DNA of 64,000 nucleotides from Podarcis pityusensis. Its lineage: Eukaryota. Positions 49,781 through 62,249 of this stretch are shown piece by piece. Every line of letters begins with the position of its first letter. Positions within the stretch are counted from its first letter, which is position 1. The stretch lies in NCBI GenBank assembly GCA_964106645.2, contig OZ067041.1. One strand, given 5' to 3'. The position numbers were made by a program, and so were the translations under genes. The notes under the pieces are model-generated. The model was not told where the DNA came from and did not search any database. It saw only the letters and a list, made by a program, of their open reading frames with translations.

Positions 49781-50455
49781 GTGTTATGTGGTCTCGGCGG
49801 TCTGTGTTAAGCAACAGTTCTCCCATCCTTTCCAGTACATTTTCCCACCATCTTCCTCACTGGAAGAAGTCCAGTCTTTTGAGGATGCAGGTTTCCTGTC
49901 CAAGAGGTTCAAATCAGTTTGCACAGCATATATTTGCCAAATTTGTGACCAAGTCCTCGCTGTGCCATTGAAAGCATCATCATGCCACTTTAAACAGCCA
50001 TGGCTTCCCCTAAAGATCCCTGGGAACTATAGTTTGTTAAGGATGTTGAGAGTTGTTAGGAGGACACGCCCCCCCCAGCTACAATTCCTAAAGTTCCCTG
50101 GGATTGTTAAAGCACTATGAGAATTGTAGCTCTGTGGGGGGGATAGTGGTCTCCTAATAGCTTTCAGAACCCTTAACAAACTGCAGTTCGTGGGATGGTT
50201 GGGGGGGGGGTCATCTAGAACTTTATAAAGATCAAAATTAAAAAGATGACAAAGAGGTCATTTTTAGCTGAAAGTCATTGTGACAATGCGTTTTATTTCT
50301 TCTGAAAAAAATCAGTTAATTTTCTAAAAGCAATTTGTGCTAAACCGATTTAAATGCGAATATAATTTATCTTAAATTATTTACACGCAGCTAAAAACAG
50401 CTTTGCTGATACTGTACTCAATTAATCCGAGAACTCCATCTCACTGAAATGCTAG

Positions 50456-50486
50456 TGCAATATCAAGATGTGCCACAAGATGGCAG
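50456..50486 (+). promoter_or_regulatory. Bipartite CTCF-like site (upstream motif plus core)
   Basis: TGCAATATC (50456-64), 6-nt spacer, TGCCACAAGATGGCAG (50471-86); matches the CTCF core CCACnAGRKGGCA with the ZF9-11 upstream motif. Confidence 0.6.
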
Positions 50487-51155
50487 ACAAAGTTTAGGAA
50501 GCCTCCAGTTATTTCAAACCCACCACCCGCGTCTCTATTACTGAAATATGTTTAATAATAGTTGCATGCCCAGAAAAAAATAATGAACATTAAACGCACG
50601 TACCAACACATTATACACCAAGCAATAACATATAGCGGATCATAAGGATTGTGACCGCAGGACAGCTGGTGGGAGGAGCAGGCTTGTTCAGCAGCCTCCC
50701 TCACTTTCTCGGGATTTTTTTCCCCATAAGGAAGGGTAACAGAAGGAAAGAGAAATTAGACTGCAGATCGGTGACAAGTTAGGAGGGCGGGGAAAAGAAG
50801 AACGAGGCGTTTAGAGAAACCAAGCATGGTGACGAGAGAGCATCCTGGGCAGTACTATGACGCCCTCCAGATGTTTTGGACTACAACTCCCATCATTCCG
50901 AGCGAGCATGGCCAATCGTCAAGGAGGATGGGAGTTGCAGTTCACAACGTCGGAGGGAGGGGCAGCTCGGGGCGCTGAAACAAAACCATAAAAAGCTGAG
51001 AGAATGTGTTTGCAAAAATAAAATAAAAGCACCGAGTTAAAAATAACCCTCGGGATTACTTGGAGTTGTGTAGTGCCAGTTTGTAGTGCCACAACGTTAA
51101 TGCACATAAGACACGCTTTTCTTACAGAAATACCAAGGAAAGGTGTTGTGAATCA

Positions 51156-51157
<2 letters not shown>

Positions 51158-51231
<74 letters not shown>
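51158..51231. repeat. Compound microsatellite (GT)18(GA)19
   Basis: Read directly; lies just upstream of the RBM11 CpG island. Confidence 0.95.
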
Positions 51232-51234
<3 letters not shown>

Positions 51235-51239
51235 CACTA

Positions 51240-51860
51240 CTCTGGACCACGCAATCGCCGCAGGAGGAAAAGAGCGCAGGGGTGACTTTGCCAATTCCGA
51301 CGGCGGAGAGGGCGGGGCGGTCTCCTTGCAGCTAGGGAAACCCCGCCCCTCTCCACAGTCCCGTCAGTCAGTTGCTAGGATACCCGGCAGGGTGGCGGCT
51401 TCTTAACGCCCGTCTGCTTAACAAGCGTTCGGTGTGCCGTAAAGCGCGCTCACCCTCGGCCCCTCTTTTGCCTGTCGCGCGCGTCCGCTGCTTTACGGCC
51501 TCTCTCGCTTAGCTTCGGCTCCGCGGCAGCCCCGCCCCTTCTCCCGCACCTGCCCCACCCACTTTCCATCTGCTATCCCAGCGCGCAGATGGAGCTGCCG
51601 CCTTGACTGGCTCTTCCCTGCGTCTCTCGCGCACAGCTGGGCTGCTGGCCGCTGTCATGACAAGCCCAGGGAAGGCAGACGAGCCGGACCGGACGCTTTT
51701 CGTGGGGAACTTGGAGAGCCGCGTGCAAGAGGAGATTCTCTACGAGCTTTTCCTGCAGGTGCAGGGGACGGCGGGGCGGGGCCACCTTGGCAGGTGGGCA
51801 GGGCGATCTGCAAGTGGGCGGGGCTGGCGAGCCGTCGGCTGCAGGGAAGAGGAATGCTTA
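51240..51860 (+). promoter_or_regulatory. RBM11 CpG-island promoter with GC boxes and an RFX X-box-like site
   Basis: High CpG density; GGGCGGGGCGG at ~51310, CCCCGCCCC at 51341 and 51530; GTTGCTAGGATAC at 51371-51383. Confidence 0.75.
51657..51758 (+). CDS. RBM11: RBM11 coding exon 1 (MTSPGKADEPDRTLFVGNLESRVQEEILYELFLQ)
   Basis: RNP2 motif LFVGNL, donor CAG|GTGCAG, within a CpG island. Confidence 0.92.
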
Positions 51861-52832
51861 CAAGGAGCAGCAGGTGGAAGATTTTTGTCAGGAGTTTTAA
51901 ATTCGCAGTATGAAGCAAGGCTTCAGTCCTTTTCCATTCCATCGAGGATGTGTGAAATGTACCAAGAGGTGCCTTAAACAAAATAAAATGGAAAGATAAA
52001 ATAGTCATCAGAAGCTAGGTTTGCCTGAAACAGGGCTTTATTTATTTATTTATTTTTCTTGTAAATATTCAGGAAGCTTGATATTCAGGGTGGCTGGTCA
52101 GTTCTCAAGGTGATTGAAAATAAAGGCAATACAAAATGAAAACTATGACCATGTTCTTAAAACCCAAAAGGGTTGTCACCTTTTTCTCCATGTTAGGACT
52201 GTGGTGCTTTTGGTACACCAGGCAAAAATTTAAAAAGTGAAGCTTTTTGAAGCACAGACGTAAAATTAGGTGAAATGCTACATTTATTTTCATGTGGCCT
52301 GCAAGCCCTTTGGGGGTTGGACTAGATGACCCTTGGGATCCCTTCCAACTCTAAGATTCTATTATTCTGTGTTCTCCCCATCTTCTCAAAAATTCTCAGA
52401 CAACCACTGAAAGCAATGGGAATGGAAGTAAAGGAAGGAAATGTGATTGATAAACATATTAAATGTTGGGAACTTCCCAGAGAATGGTTGCAATCTTAGG
52501 TGGAAAGGGCCTCTTTCTTTGTTTCCCAGGTGTCAGATAATTCATACATACTTACTATCAATCATTGCTTTCCAGTTTTAATCACAATTTAATCATGGTT
52601 CTTGTGTTTTGGCATGCCAAGCAACTGATAATAGCTTACCACACCCTTAACAATAAACACAAAATAAATGGGGGAAGGTTCATGGTTTCCTTATGTTTCT
52701 TCGTCAGGCTGCTAGCATCTTGTTTGGACTTATCCCCTCTTTCTACAGTGATATTGCTGGAAGACTTTTCCTTCGTTCCGTGTGCCTCATATCCTTCCCA
52801 TTTTGGTTTTCTTGCTTCTACATGGATACTTA

Positions 52833-53090
52833 CCGTATTTTTTGCTCTATAAGACTCACTTTTTCCCTCCTAAAAAGTAAGGGGAAATGTGTGTGCGTCT
52901 TATGGAGCGAATGCAGGCTGCACAGCTATCCCAGAAGCCAGAACAGCAAGAGGGATTGCTGCTTTCACTGTGCAGCGATTCCTCTTGCTGTTCTGGCTTC
53001 TGAGATTCAGAATATTTTTTTCTTGTTTTCGTCCTCCAAAAACTAGGTGCGTCTTGTGGTCTGGTGCGTCTTATAGAGCGAAAAATACGG
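52833..53090. mobile_element. Tc1/mariner MITE, family C
   Basis: Inverted copy of 26715-26958; TA TSD. Confidence 0.88.
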
Positions 53091-54090
53091 TATATTTTAT
53101 AAAGCAGAAATGCTTTCATCTCCAGTAGCACAGCACAAATAATCAATGACGGGAAAGTTCTGCTTGTTCCCACCTTCACTAAATTGGCACCTAATAGCTT
53201 TCTGATAACTTTGTTACATGCATATGATTCACCCATTCTTTGTACCATAGAGCTGGTAAAACAAAAATAATGGTAAATTAGATGTTTTAAAGCTTTAAAA
53301 ATCTAGCTGTGCCTGTAGCTTGCTTGAGCAGGTATTTTTATTTATTTATGAACAGGGAGATCTACATGTTAAAAAGAACAAGCACCAGAATACTTGATTT
53401 GCTACTTCCACTCCTTGAAGAACTCCATCATCTGCAGTAGGCAACCTTGAACACCAGACTGGAAAAATGTTGCTTCAGGGAAACTTGTCTTTTCTGGGGT
53501 GGGGCAGTGGGATAAAACAAACATTGATTCTCCTTGGAAAAGCTGAAGGCTTCAGTTATGACTCTGTCAGATGTGATGTTTACTTTTAAAACATTGGAAA
53601 ATGTATAGAGCCATTATGTTGAGCAGCAACTGATATTTGACACTATTGAATACAGGCAAAATACAAAGACATCTAGCTTGTTTTCTGTGAGTTGTCACAC
53701 ATTCTTATCACATGTCCCCTTTCAGTTTCTTCATCAAGACAGAAGTGGGTTTTATTGATTAATTCAGCAAATCTCTGTTTTCACAAGTTACTGCCTGAAT
53801 CTGTTATAATGAAGAGATGCTGAAGATCCATATAATTTCATTTTTACTAGTTTTTAATATATACCGATCCCTCAATCATATTTCACCAGTATACACAGCA
53901 GTTAAAAGAAGGAACACTGTATGTTTATAGTAAGAACATAAGAACACTCAGCTGTATCACACCAATGGCCAATGGAGTCAAACATCCTGTTCTCACAGTG
54001 GCCAACCAGATGCTTGTGGGAAACCTGTTTTCACATGGGCATTCTGCTGGATTTCATATAAAGCCTGAGGAGTAAATGTGAACAGGATTA

Positions 54091-54458
54091 AAGGTAAAGG
54101 TAAAGGTACCCCTGCCCGTACGGGCCAGTCGTGTCCGACTCTAGGGTTGTGCGCCCATCTCATTTAAGAGGCCGGGGGCCAGCGCTGTCCAGAGACACTT
54201 CCGGGTCACGTGGCCAGCGTGACGAAGCTGCTCTGGCGAGCCAGCACCAGCGCAGCACACGGAAATGCCGTTTACCTTCCCGCTATAAAGCGGTACCTAT
54301 TTATCTACTTGAACTTAAGAGTGCTTTCGAACTGCTAGGTGGGCAGGAGCTGGGACCGAAAGACGGGAGCTCACCCCGCCGCGGGGATTCGAACCGCCGA
54401 CCATGCGATCGGCAAGCCCTAGGCACTGAGGTTTTACCCACAGCGCCACCCGCGTCCC
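54091..54458 (-). mobile_element. Sauria SINE, full length, in RBM11 intron 1
   Basis: tRNA-like head with B box (GGTTCGAATCC), BovB-like 3' end GAGTCGGACACGACT, (ACCTTT)n tail; TSD AACAGGATTA at 54081 and 54459. Confidence 0.9.
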
Positions 54459-55174
54459 AACAGGATTACACATACACAAAAAGCCTGATTAATCATTCTG
54501 CTCTTTGGGCTATAGACTCATCTCTGCCTGACAAGAGCTTCTGCTCATTTGAAGAGTGTCAGAATTTCTTCCTCTTATTTCCCTTGCTAATCTAGCACAG
54601 AAAAAGAAGATCAAGATACGGTCTATTAACCAACAATTGGTTCAATCTCTTCTTGGATAGCTCTTATATTTACCTGTAGATCCTTCTGCAGTTTTACACT
54701 TCCTTGTTGTTTGTACCGTATAACTCATGTATAGCAATCAAATTTCAACTGCTCCAAAATGAACAGCCAGATGTGTAGAGTTCAAGTAACTCCTGTTCTA
54801 AACCACATGTACTGGTTTCAAGTTCATTTCTGGGCCCGGTTCATTGTGCTCACATTAGTGTTTAAATCCCTGAATGATTTAATCCCCAAATATTTGAAAG
54901 ACTGCTTCTTTCTCTACAGGTCTTCTTGGGTATTAATTAAGATCAGCAGAGGGAGCCCTCTTGGTATTTTCACCAGCCTCAGAAGTTCACGGAATGGCAG
55001 CCTTGAACAGGGCAGTCTCTGTGGCAGTCCCTATGCTGTGGGAATCCCCCCCCCCAAAGGAAAGGCACCTTCATTATGTAATTATGCTGAAGACACAGCT
55101 CTTGACCCTGGTCTTTGACAGCTGAGATTTATATATAGAGGACCTACCTTATTCTCTTGACTGTAACAGGTTTA

Positions 55175-55469
55175 AAGGTAAAGATAAAGGGACCCCTGAC
55201 TATTAAAAGTCCACTCTGGGGTTGCGGTGCTCATCTCGCTTTACTGGCCAAGGGAGCCAGCGTTTGTCCACAGACAGCTTCTGGGTCATGTGGCCAGCAT
55301 GACTAATCCGCTTCTACTTGCACTTTGACGTGCTTTCGAACTGCTAGGTTGGCAGGCGCTGGGACCGAGCAATGGAAGCTCACCCCATTGTGAGGATTCG
55401 AACCGCTGACCTTCCAATCGGCAAACCCTAGGCTCAGTGGTTTAGACCACAGTGCCACCCGCATCCGTG
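55175..55469 (-). mobile_element. Sauria SINE with internal deletion
   Basis: Same head and tail as 54091-54458; TSD GTAACAGGTTTA at 55163 and 55470. Confidence 0.85.
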
Positions 55470-55898
55470 GTAACAGGTTTACAACAGTGTTAATATTGTA
55501 TTTTAAAATTGCTGTAGGGCTCAGAGACCTTATGGTGAAAGGTGGGTAAGAAATAACAACAATTTATTATATTTTGGACTGCCTACATATATCCCCAAAA
55601 AATCCTTAAGTGCTTTGCTAGTTGCCACAGTCCATGTAAATTGGATTGATAAGCTAAATAGAATAAAATGTATGAATAAAATGTGAGATATGCAGACTTT
55701 GAATATGTCATGAAAATCTTTGTATATTAAAGTAAAATTACAGCATAATGGCATGTGTTTGTTGCAATGCTGAAATAGCTGGTACCCAATATTATATACC
55801 TTTTTTCCCCTTCTGGTCCAGCAAGCCTTAGAATCAGCAAACAAACAGCTATTTCCTTCCTGGGATTTATGAGAAAGTAATGCTTAAGTTTCTTGCAG

Positions 55899-56061
55899 GC
55901 TGGACCGGTAACCAAAGTGACCATATGCAAGGACAAAGATGGAAAACCCAAGACTTTTGGATTTGTCTGCTTTAAACACACAGAGTCAGTGCCTTATGCC
56001 ATAGCTTTGCTGAATGGGATTCGTTTATACGGAAGACCAATTAAAGTGCAATATCGGTTTG
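55899..56061 (+). CDS. RBM11: RBM11 coding exon 2 (AGPVTKVTICKDKDGKPKTFGFVCFKHTESVPYAIALLNGIRLYGRPIKVQYRF)
   Basis: Acceptor ttgcag|GCT, RNP1 KTFGFVCF, donor G|GTAGG; 163 nt. Confidence 0.95.
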
Positions 56062-57130
56062 GTAGGTTTAGCTACCTGCCAACAATTTTTTTTTACAAAA
56101 CCTGGGCATATAATGCACAATCATGATGTGAAAAGTGATTGTTACTATGTTAGTGGATCCATATTTAATGCATTAAAAAAAACAATTCTGAGAGTATAAA
56201 AATTCTCAAACTAATTGGTATATTGCATTTTTACCCTTTAAGACATCCCACTTTCGCAAGAAGGTAGAAAAAAAAATCCTGATATCACAGTAAAAATGTG
56301 ATCAGGTAATAGATATATTCTTTTGGGAATCAATAATAAATGAGAGCTGAATCTTACAATCTTATATCTTATATAATGTATACAATCTTATATTATTATT
56401 TTACAGTCTGTACTTTGTTACCCTCCTAGCAGAGTGCAACATTGTAATGTGTACACTTGAAACTGCTGGTCTTTTTCAAATTCCTTTAGTTCAGACTTTC
56501 AAAATGTCTTTATACAAAACTCCCCCCTCCCTCTATTATGTCCATGTAGCAGGTTGGATGCAGCATTGTTCTGTAATCTTTCTATCAAAACTATGGTGTA
56601 ATTTTCCCATTTTTTTCAATAGAAAACTTGAAATATGTAGTGGCTACCAATATTATAAATTAGTAATCTAGTTTTTCCTTGAAGAGTTGTCAGCCTGTTA
56701 TGTTATAATCTGCAAATCCTTTTTTATCACTGCTAATCTCTAGTGAATCTTCATGACCACTTGCAAGTTGAAATATATCAATAAATCACAGTTATTCAGA
56801 AACTTACCTTGGCCAGGATCCATATAATGTCTTGGTTTCACACAAGGACCTTGTGCTTTAGCCTGGGAAAACTTGTAATATTTGTTCTTTGAACGTATCT
56901 GGCCAACATGATAAATCATTAACTGTTTTTTAACCTTTCAGTCATTTCAATAGCAGTCTGCCATATGCTATTAAAGACTGCCGTTTGAGAAAAAAACTAG
57001 TCTAGAACCCATTTTTTTAATTGTTCAGGGAAGTTTTTAATATTTGATGTTTGATTCTGTTTTTAATCTGTTGGGAGCTTCCCAGAGTGGCTGGGGAAAC
57101 CTAGCCGGATGGGCAGGGTATAGAAAATAA

Positions 57131-57172
<42 letters not shown>

Positions 57173-57323
57173 TCATGGGGATCCAACTAAAGCTGCAGTC
57201 CTAATTTAGTCCATGACTAAAAAAAAGTCGCATCAAATTCAATGGGGCTTATTCCCCAGTAAGTGGAATTGGGTTTGCAGTCTCAGTCATAATCAGAGAA
57301 CCACTGGAAGCAACAGACAGGTA

Positions 57324-57563
57324 CAGTGGTACCTCGGGTTACAGACGCTTCAGGTTACAGACGCTTCAGGTTACAGACTCTGCTAACCCAGAAATAGTAC
57401 CTTGGGTTAAGAACTTTGCTTCAGGATAAGAACAGAAATTGTGCGGTGGTGGTGCAGTAGCAGCAGCGGGAGGCCCCATTAGCTAAAGTGGTACCTCAGT
57501 TTAAGAACAGTTTCAGGTTAAGAACAGACCTCCAGAATGAATTCTTAACCTGAGGTACCACTG
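57324..57563 (-). mobile_element. Tc1/mariner MITE, family A (opposite orientation)
   Basis: Same TIRs, TA TSD. Confidence 0.9.
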
Positions 57564-58019
57564 TATTCAGTGGGTCTGCTCTTGAGTATAGCCTGAATAT
57601 TACCCCGATTCTTGGAGACCAATAAAGAACTTACCATTGGGGCTTGCTATGATAAAAATGTTTCCCATATTAACTGCTGAATAATGTGCCCCTAAATGAA
57701 ATCATTTTCCATTTAAAAAGTTTGCATAAAAGTAGATTCGACTTTGTGAATGGAAGACTCCAGGAAAAGTTTGGCAGGATTGACTGGGTTTTTGGAGATG
57801 GGTGGAAATTGTATTGGATAGGTTATACACTTGGTTTTAACTTTAATAGGTGTTTACAATAAACTAATTATAGTAGTATGATTGCTGAATTTTGTTTCTA
57901 TATTGGACTTCTTTTCTATATTGTAAAGTATGTTAAGCGTTCAGAAAAAAAATGAAATCAACTCTCTTGACTAGACCAATTTTAATCATTTTTTAAATTA
58001 TTATTTATTCCATTCATAG

Positions 58020-58092
58020 GGAGTTCCCACTGTGTAGAGTTAATCAATCATTGCCAGAATGTGGAACATGATATACAGTCATCAACACACAG
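58020..58092 (+). CDS. RBM11: RBM11 coding exon 3 (GSSHCVELINHCQNVEHDIQSSTHR)
   Basis: Acceptor ttcatag|GG, donor AG|GTAATG; 73 nt, phase 1-2; begins GSS like mammalian RBM11. Confidence 0.8.
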
Positions 58093-58725
58093 GTAATGGC
58101 TTTTTTCCAGTATAAAAATATCATGGAGTTTAGTTTAGACACAAACTCTGTTCTGATACCCAATATTATGTGGTATATGTGCACTGAAAGTATAGACTAA
58201 CCTTCCAAAATGTTCAGTTTCCTACCCCCTTCTAGTGCCATATCAATTTTAGCTCCTTAAAGCAATAATCCAATCACATTTGCATTCTGAATTAGTTCCT
58301 AAATTATGTATAATGTTCAGCCACAAAATTTAAGCTGGGAGGGGCAAGAAAGAGTGGGAGGGTATGGGTAAGACAAAATATTCCCAGGCTGTCACAGTGA
58401 AGAGGTCCATATCCCATTATGGCAGTGGGATCCACACAGGACCCAGCAAATTCTGTGCTGGCCCTGCCCCCATTGTAGCAGTTGTCATTTGGGCAGGTGC
58501 ATCTGACCACTCCTCCCTGACAGTGGAGACTGGCAGAGATGGGCAGGGCTGGGTTGCTCTGCTAGACTTCAAATCTGTACAAATTTATCTGGGAGTAAAT
58601 CCTGCTGAACATGCAAAGGACTGTGTTGTAAAGAGCCCAAATCACATCTATATATGTATGTATTGAAAAATGAGTAAATCTATTAGCATTCACTCACCAT
58701 ATCTCCCTACTTGCTCTTTTTATAG

Positions 58726-58819
58726 GAATTTAGAGCCCTATGGTGGTACTCCATTACCTCTAAGTCCTTTTCAGGTGAATAATAGCCCACCACAGGATTA
58801 TTCTGCCTTTCAGAACATG
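58726..58819 (+). CDS. RBM11: RBM11 coding exon 4 (NLEPYGGTPLPLSPFQVNNSPPQDYSAFQNM)
   Basis: Acceptor tttatag|G, donor ATG|GTAAGA; phase 2-0; resembles recalled mammalian ..FPINN..PQEY..FQKM. Confidence 0.8.
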
Positions 58820-59673
58820 GTAAGATTGAAATAATGATCACAAATCTATCACAACAATAGAGACACTTCATAGGATGTGTAATGGAAGGGGGAACTGCCA
58901 AACACACAACTTGTGGAAACTCTTTCCCCCTTTCCCATGCTATGGCTTTAGTTATGAACCTGTACCCATACCTGAGCAGCCGCTTAGTGAAGCCAAGATT
59001 ATAGCTGGCAATCTGCCCCTCTGTGCCAGCTGTGCCAACATCCTTCCAGAAACAGAAATTGACTGGACTCTGCAACAAAACTCATTGTGCTAGGCTGTCT
59101 TTAGTATTGCCTAGCCATGTCCGGTAGATCCAGGCCAATGAGTTTGTAATCACTTTGCAGGTCATGCAGAGCTACAGCAAAATTTGCCTTTCTTCAAAAC
59201 AAACAAACAAAACACCCCCCACACATTTATGTCCTCTGCACTTCCAATATGAAGCATTCTTGGCTAGGACAGCACTGTGACAAATTCCAACAATCTATCA
59301 GCCTATAGTTGTGAACATCAATGATATAAATGGGATGGAGGCATTCTTTCATTGCTTACATTGGCATGTCTGCCTCACATAATTTTTGTGTCTATTTCAT
59401 GTTTAGACCCCCTTTAAAAACCTTATACATTAGTGTGTCGTGCTTCAACTGGAAATGGTTTTAGGAGCAGACCACAGTCATGCCAAACTTCATATCTATA
59501 ACCAACATGTGTGTGTAAGAATTACTTGATTTTTACAGGCTACCTAATAAAGGACTAGTGTAAATCAAAGCTTACATACTGACAGAAACATGTCCAGTAC
59601 CTTTCATTCTCTAGAACTAATGAAGCAATGTTCTTCCAAACTTTAAAATATTAATTTACCTTCTATTTTCTAG

Positions 59674-59961
59674 ATGACGTGTTTCTTAGCACACCAATAT
59701 ACCCCTTATAATCCAATGGGACAGCAATTTCCTTGCTATCAGATGGCATCACCACCGTCGTTTCCAAGTTTTCCTGTTCCAGCCTATCTGAATCCAGGAC
59801 TAACCTCTTTTGAATGTGTGTACCCAGAGCCAAAGAACCACACACAGTATCTGGTTAAGGAAGGTTCATCTAAAAGGAAAAGGTCTCAGGAAACTAGTGA
59901 CAGTGATAGTAGTGTGGGAAATGATAGGAAAAAAACAAAAAGAAAGTCAACAAAACTATAA
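59674..59961 (+). CDS. RBM11: RBM11 coding exon 5 (…YNPMGQQFPCYQMASP…KRKRSQETSDSDSSVGNDRKKTKRKSTKL*)
   Basis: Acceptor ttctag|ATG, phase 0; YNP, YQM and KRKR..TSDSDSS motifs and a basic NLS-like tail; TAA at 59959-59961. Confidence 0.85.
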   Translation: MTCFLAHQYTPYNPMGQQFPCYQMASPPSFPSFPVPAYLNPGLTSFECVYPEPKNHTQYLVKEGSSKRKRSQETSDSDSSVGNDRKKTKRKSTKL

Positions 59962-62249
59962 GAACATAAATATGTGTACAATGGTGTTGACTACATAGTG
60001 CCTATTTGCACCCTACTAAGAAATATGACATGGCTATTGTGGTATATAAGATTATTTATAACGGTTTAAGGTAAAGTATTATAGAAGTTACACTCTGATT
60101 AAAAGGGAGAAATAGCATTTTTTTTTAATTTTTTTAAAATCACCTTACTCCTTTACAGAAAAGAATATACAAAGCATTTTAATCTCATCTAGTAACTTTG
60201 TCCACAGTAAAGAGTGGCTGTCTTTAGCCTAGCTTGCAGTTATTCAAAACTGTTCATATAGTTTTTGGTCCTCGTGATTCCTTACATGGCTGCAGGAGTT
60301 CAGCCAACTGGAAATGCATAAATAGCATGTGGAGTTACCCTTTTCAGCTTTCCCACATCATGGTGGAGAGTGGGGCATTCAAACATGTAAATGAAACAAA
60401 ATACTTGTGTACATGGAAATTTAACATGTTAGGCTTAAGCTTAAATTAAGCACTTCTCTCAACTATGCTAGCTTTCCTTGTGGAAGTTGTTTGTTTGTTA
60501 TTAATGTGGAGAAACATGCATATATGTAACTGCTCACTTACTGGTTCAAAAGGGTCATATCACTTGGTATTTCTGCATGTTTGAGTTGGTTTTAAGGCTG
60601 CAGTTTGATTCACCTTGAGGATCTAAGTAAATTGGGAGTAAATTCTGTGGGATTTACTCCCAAATAAGTGCAATATGATTGCAGTCTCACTTGGAAATCC
60701 AAGAACTGTATTGGAACCAGAAGGATTTCATTCTGAGTAAATATATTTATGAAAAGAATGCCAAATCCATATATACAAGGGACACAAATACTGTAAGAAT
60801 ATTACTGGCTGCTATTGAAGGAGACATGAGAATGAAGTAAATTTTCTCTTAAGATATGCCTTGCTTGCAAAGTTGTTTGTGAATTCAAGGGACTAGCCTT
60901 GCAATTCTGGATTGCAGAGTATATATAGGCACACATTATTGGTTAAGTTCTTTCCCACATGCAAATGTTGAAAGGCTTGAATATTCATATGATGTCACAA
61001 TGTGATGCAGGTAAACAATAAAGCTTATTGCTAAAACCTGCTTTTGATACTTGGCAAGATATTTCTATTTCATGACCTATGCAGATATGTCTTATTCCTG
61101 TAAAACTGACAAGAGAGAACAATTGGTTACTTTTCTATTACTGACAGAAACTCCGTTATTCTCAGTTATTTTTAATATTTCAGTTACAATCTGGAGTCAG
61201 TCACCCATTTACATTCATACTTCTATCACATTGCATACAGTGTTTTTCTATGATGTCAGTTCATACATCTGCTGGTTCCATGCAGTTATGTGTAGAAATC
61301 AAGTTGTGTACAGTACATGCAGCTTTCTGTGAATCACATCACAGGTTGTAATCAATTGCACTGTTACAAGGAAATGCCTTCTCTTGTAGAACTGACATAC
61401 TGTATATTGGAAGTCCTGACCTTCCAAGTGCCATATACATATATTCCACAGGGCCTCATTACAAACGATGGTCAGAAACACTACAACTTTGGGAGAGCAA
61501 CCCCTCCCACTTTATCCCTATGTGCATGTTTAAGTATTACTTGTGAGGGGAGGCTGGGGAACAATCCTTACCTGCCTCCTGGCTGATCAGTGCATTTCTA
61601 GTCATCAATAATATCCTTGATAGGAAGAATTCTGAAGTTCCTACACACCAATTCATAGAAACGTTAAAAATGTTGCTGCATTTAATATGCACATATTCAG
61701 TTTTTTAAATGGTGATAAGTACCATTAAGGCCAAGCAGGATTGGAACTGTGGTGGGTGTAGGGGGAGTTTAACCCTCCCACAATCAGAATTAAAATCTCA
61801 TCTTCCTCCTTGCTCTTTGCATTGGGAGGGACTATTCCACTGACCAATGATGGTGATGTGCAACCACTATTCATAAACAGGTTGTGCTGGTTTCTTGGCA
61901 TCTGCCTGGGAAACTATGAAAAAGAAAAGCTAGATGAACTTACTTATTGCAGTAAGCTAGCCTGAAGGGAAGGATCCAGAAGCTTGCTGGCTATCTTTTG
62001 GAAGCATAGGTTCTAACATGTCCAGTTCTGTGGGAAACAGGGCAAGGTGTTCCGGCATGCATAGGCTCCTATGATGATTCTATTTGATTTCCATATTAAA
62101 ATTTGGATTGTGGATACTCTTTAGGAAAATCAGCCCAGTCTTAAGCGAGGTAGTATAATTTTTGAGTCCTGGGCCAATCACAAATAATTACTAAACTCTG
62201 AAAGCGCTGGGGGATGAATAACCCCAGGTGGCAAAAGCAGATCTTAGTC

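Larger units (their letters stand above)
51657..59961 (+). other. RBM11: Gene span (start to stop codon) of RNA-binding motif protein 11; 5 coding exons, 239 aa
   Basis: Exons of 102+163+73+94+288 nt = 720 nt join in frame. N-terminal RRM of RBM7/RBM11 type; C-terminal KRKR..TSDSDSS typical of RBM11; synteny with LIPI and ABCC13. Confidence 0.9.

Noticed and set aside
51759-51977. Extension of RBM11 exon 1 in the ORF track (also 56062-56126 and 62749-62808)
   Set aside because: Intronic read-through past clear GT donors.
54131-54595. 154-aa ORF in RBM11 intron 1
   Set aside because: Chance frame across the Sauria SINE.
51657-59961. Calling the RRM gene RBM7
   Set aside because: The RRM is similar, but the KRKR..TSDSDSS C-terminus and LIPI/ABCC13 synteny indicate RBM11.
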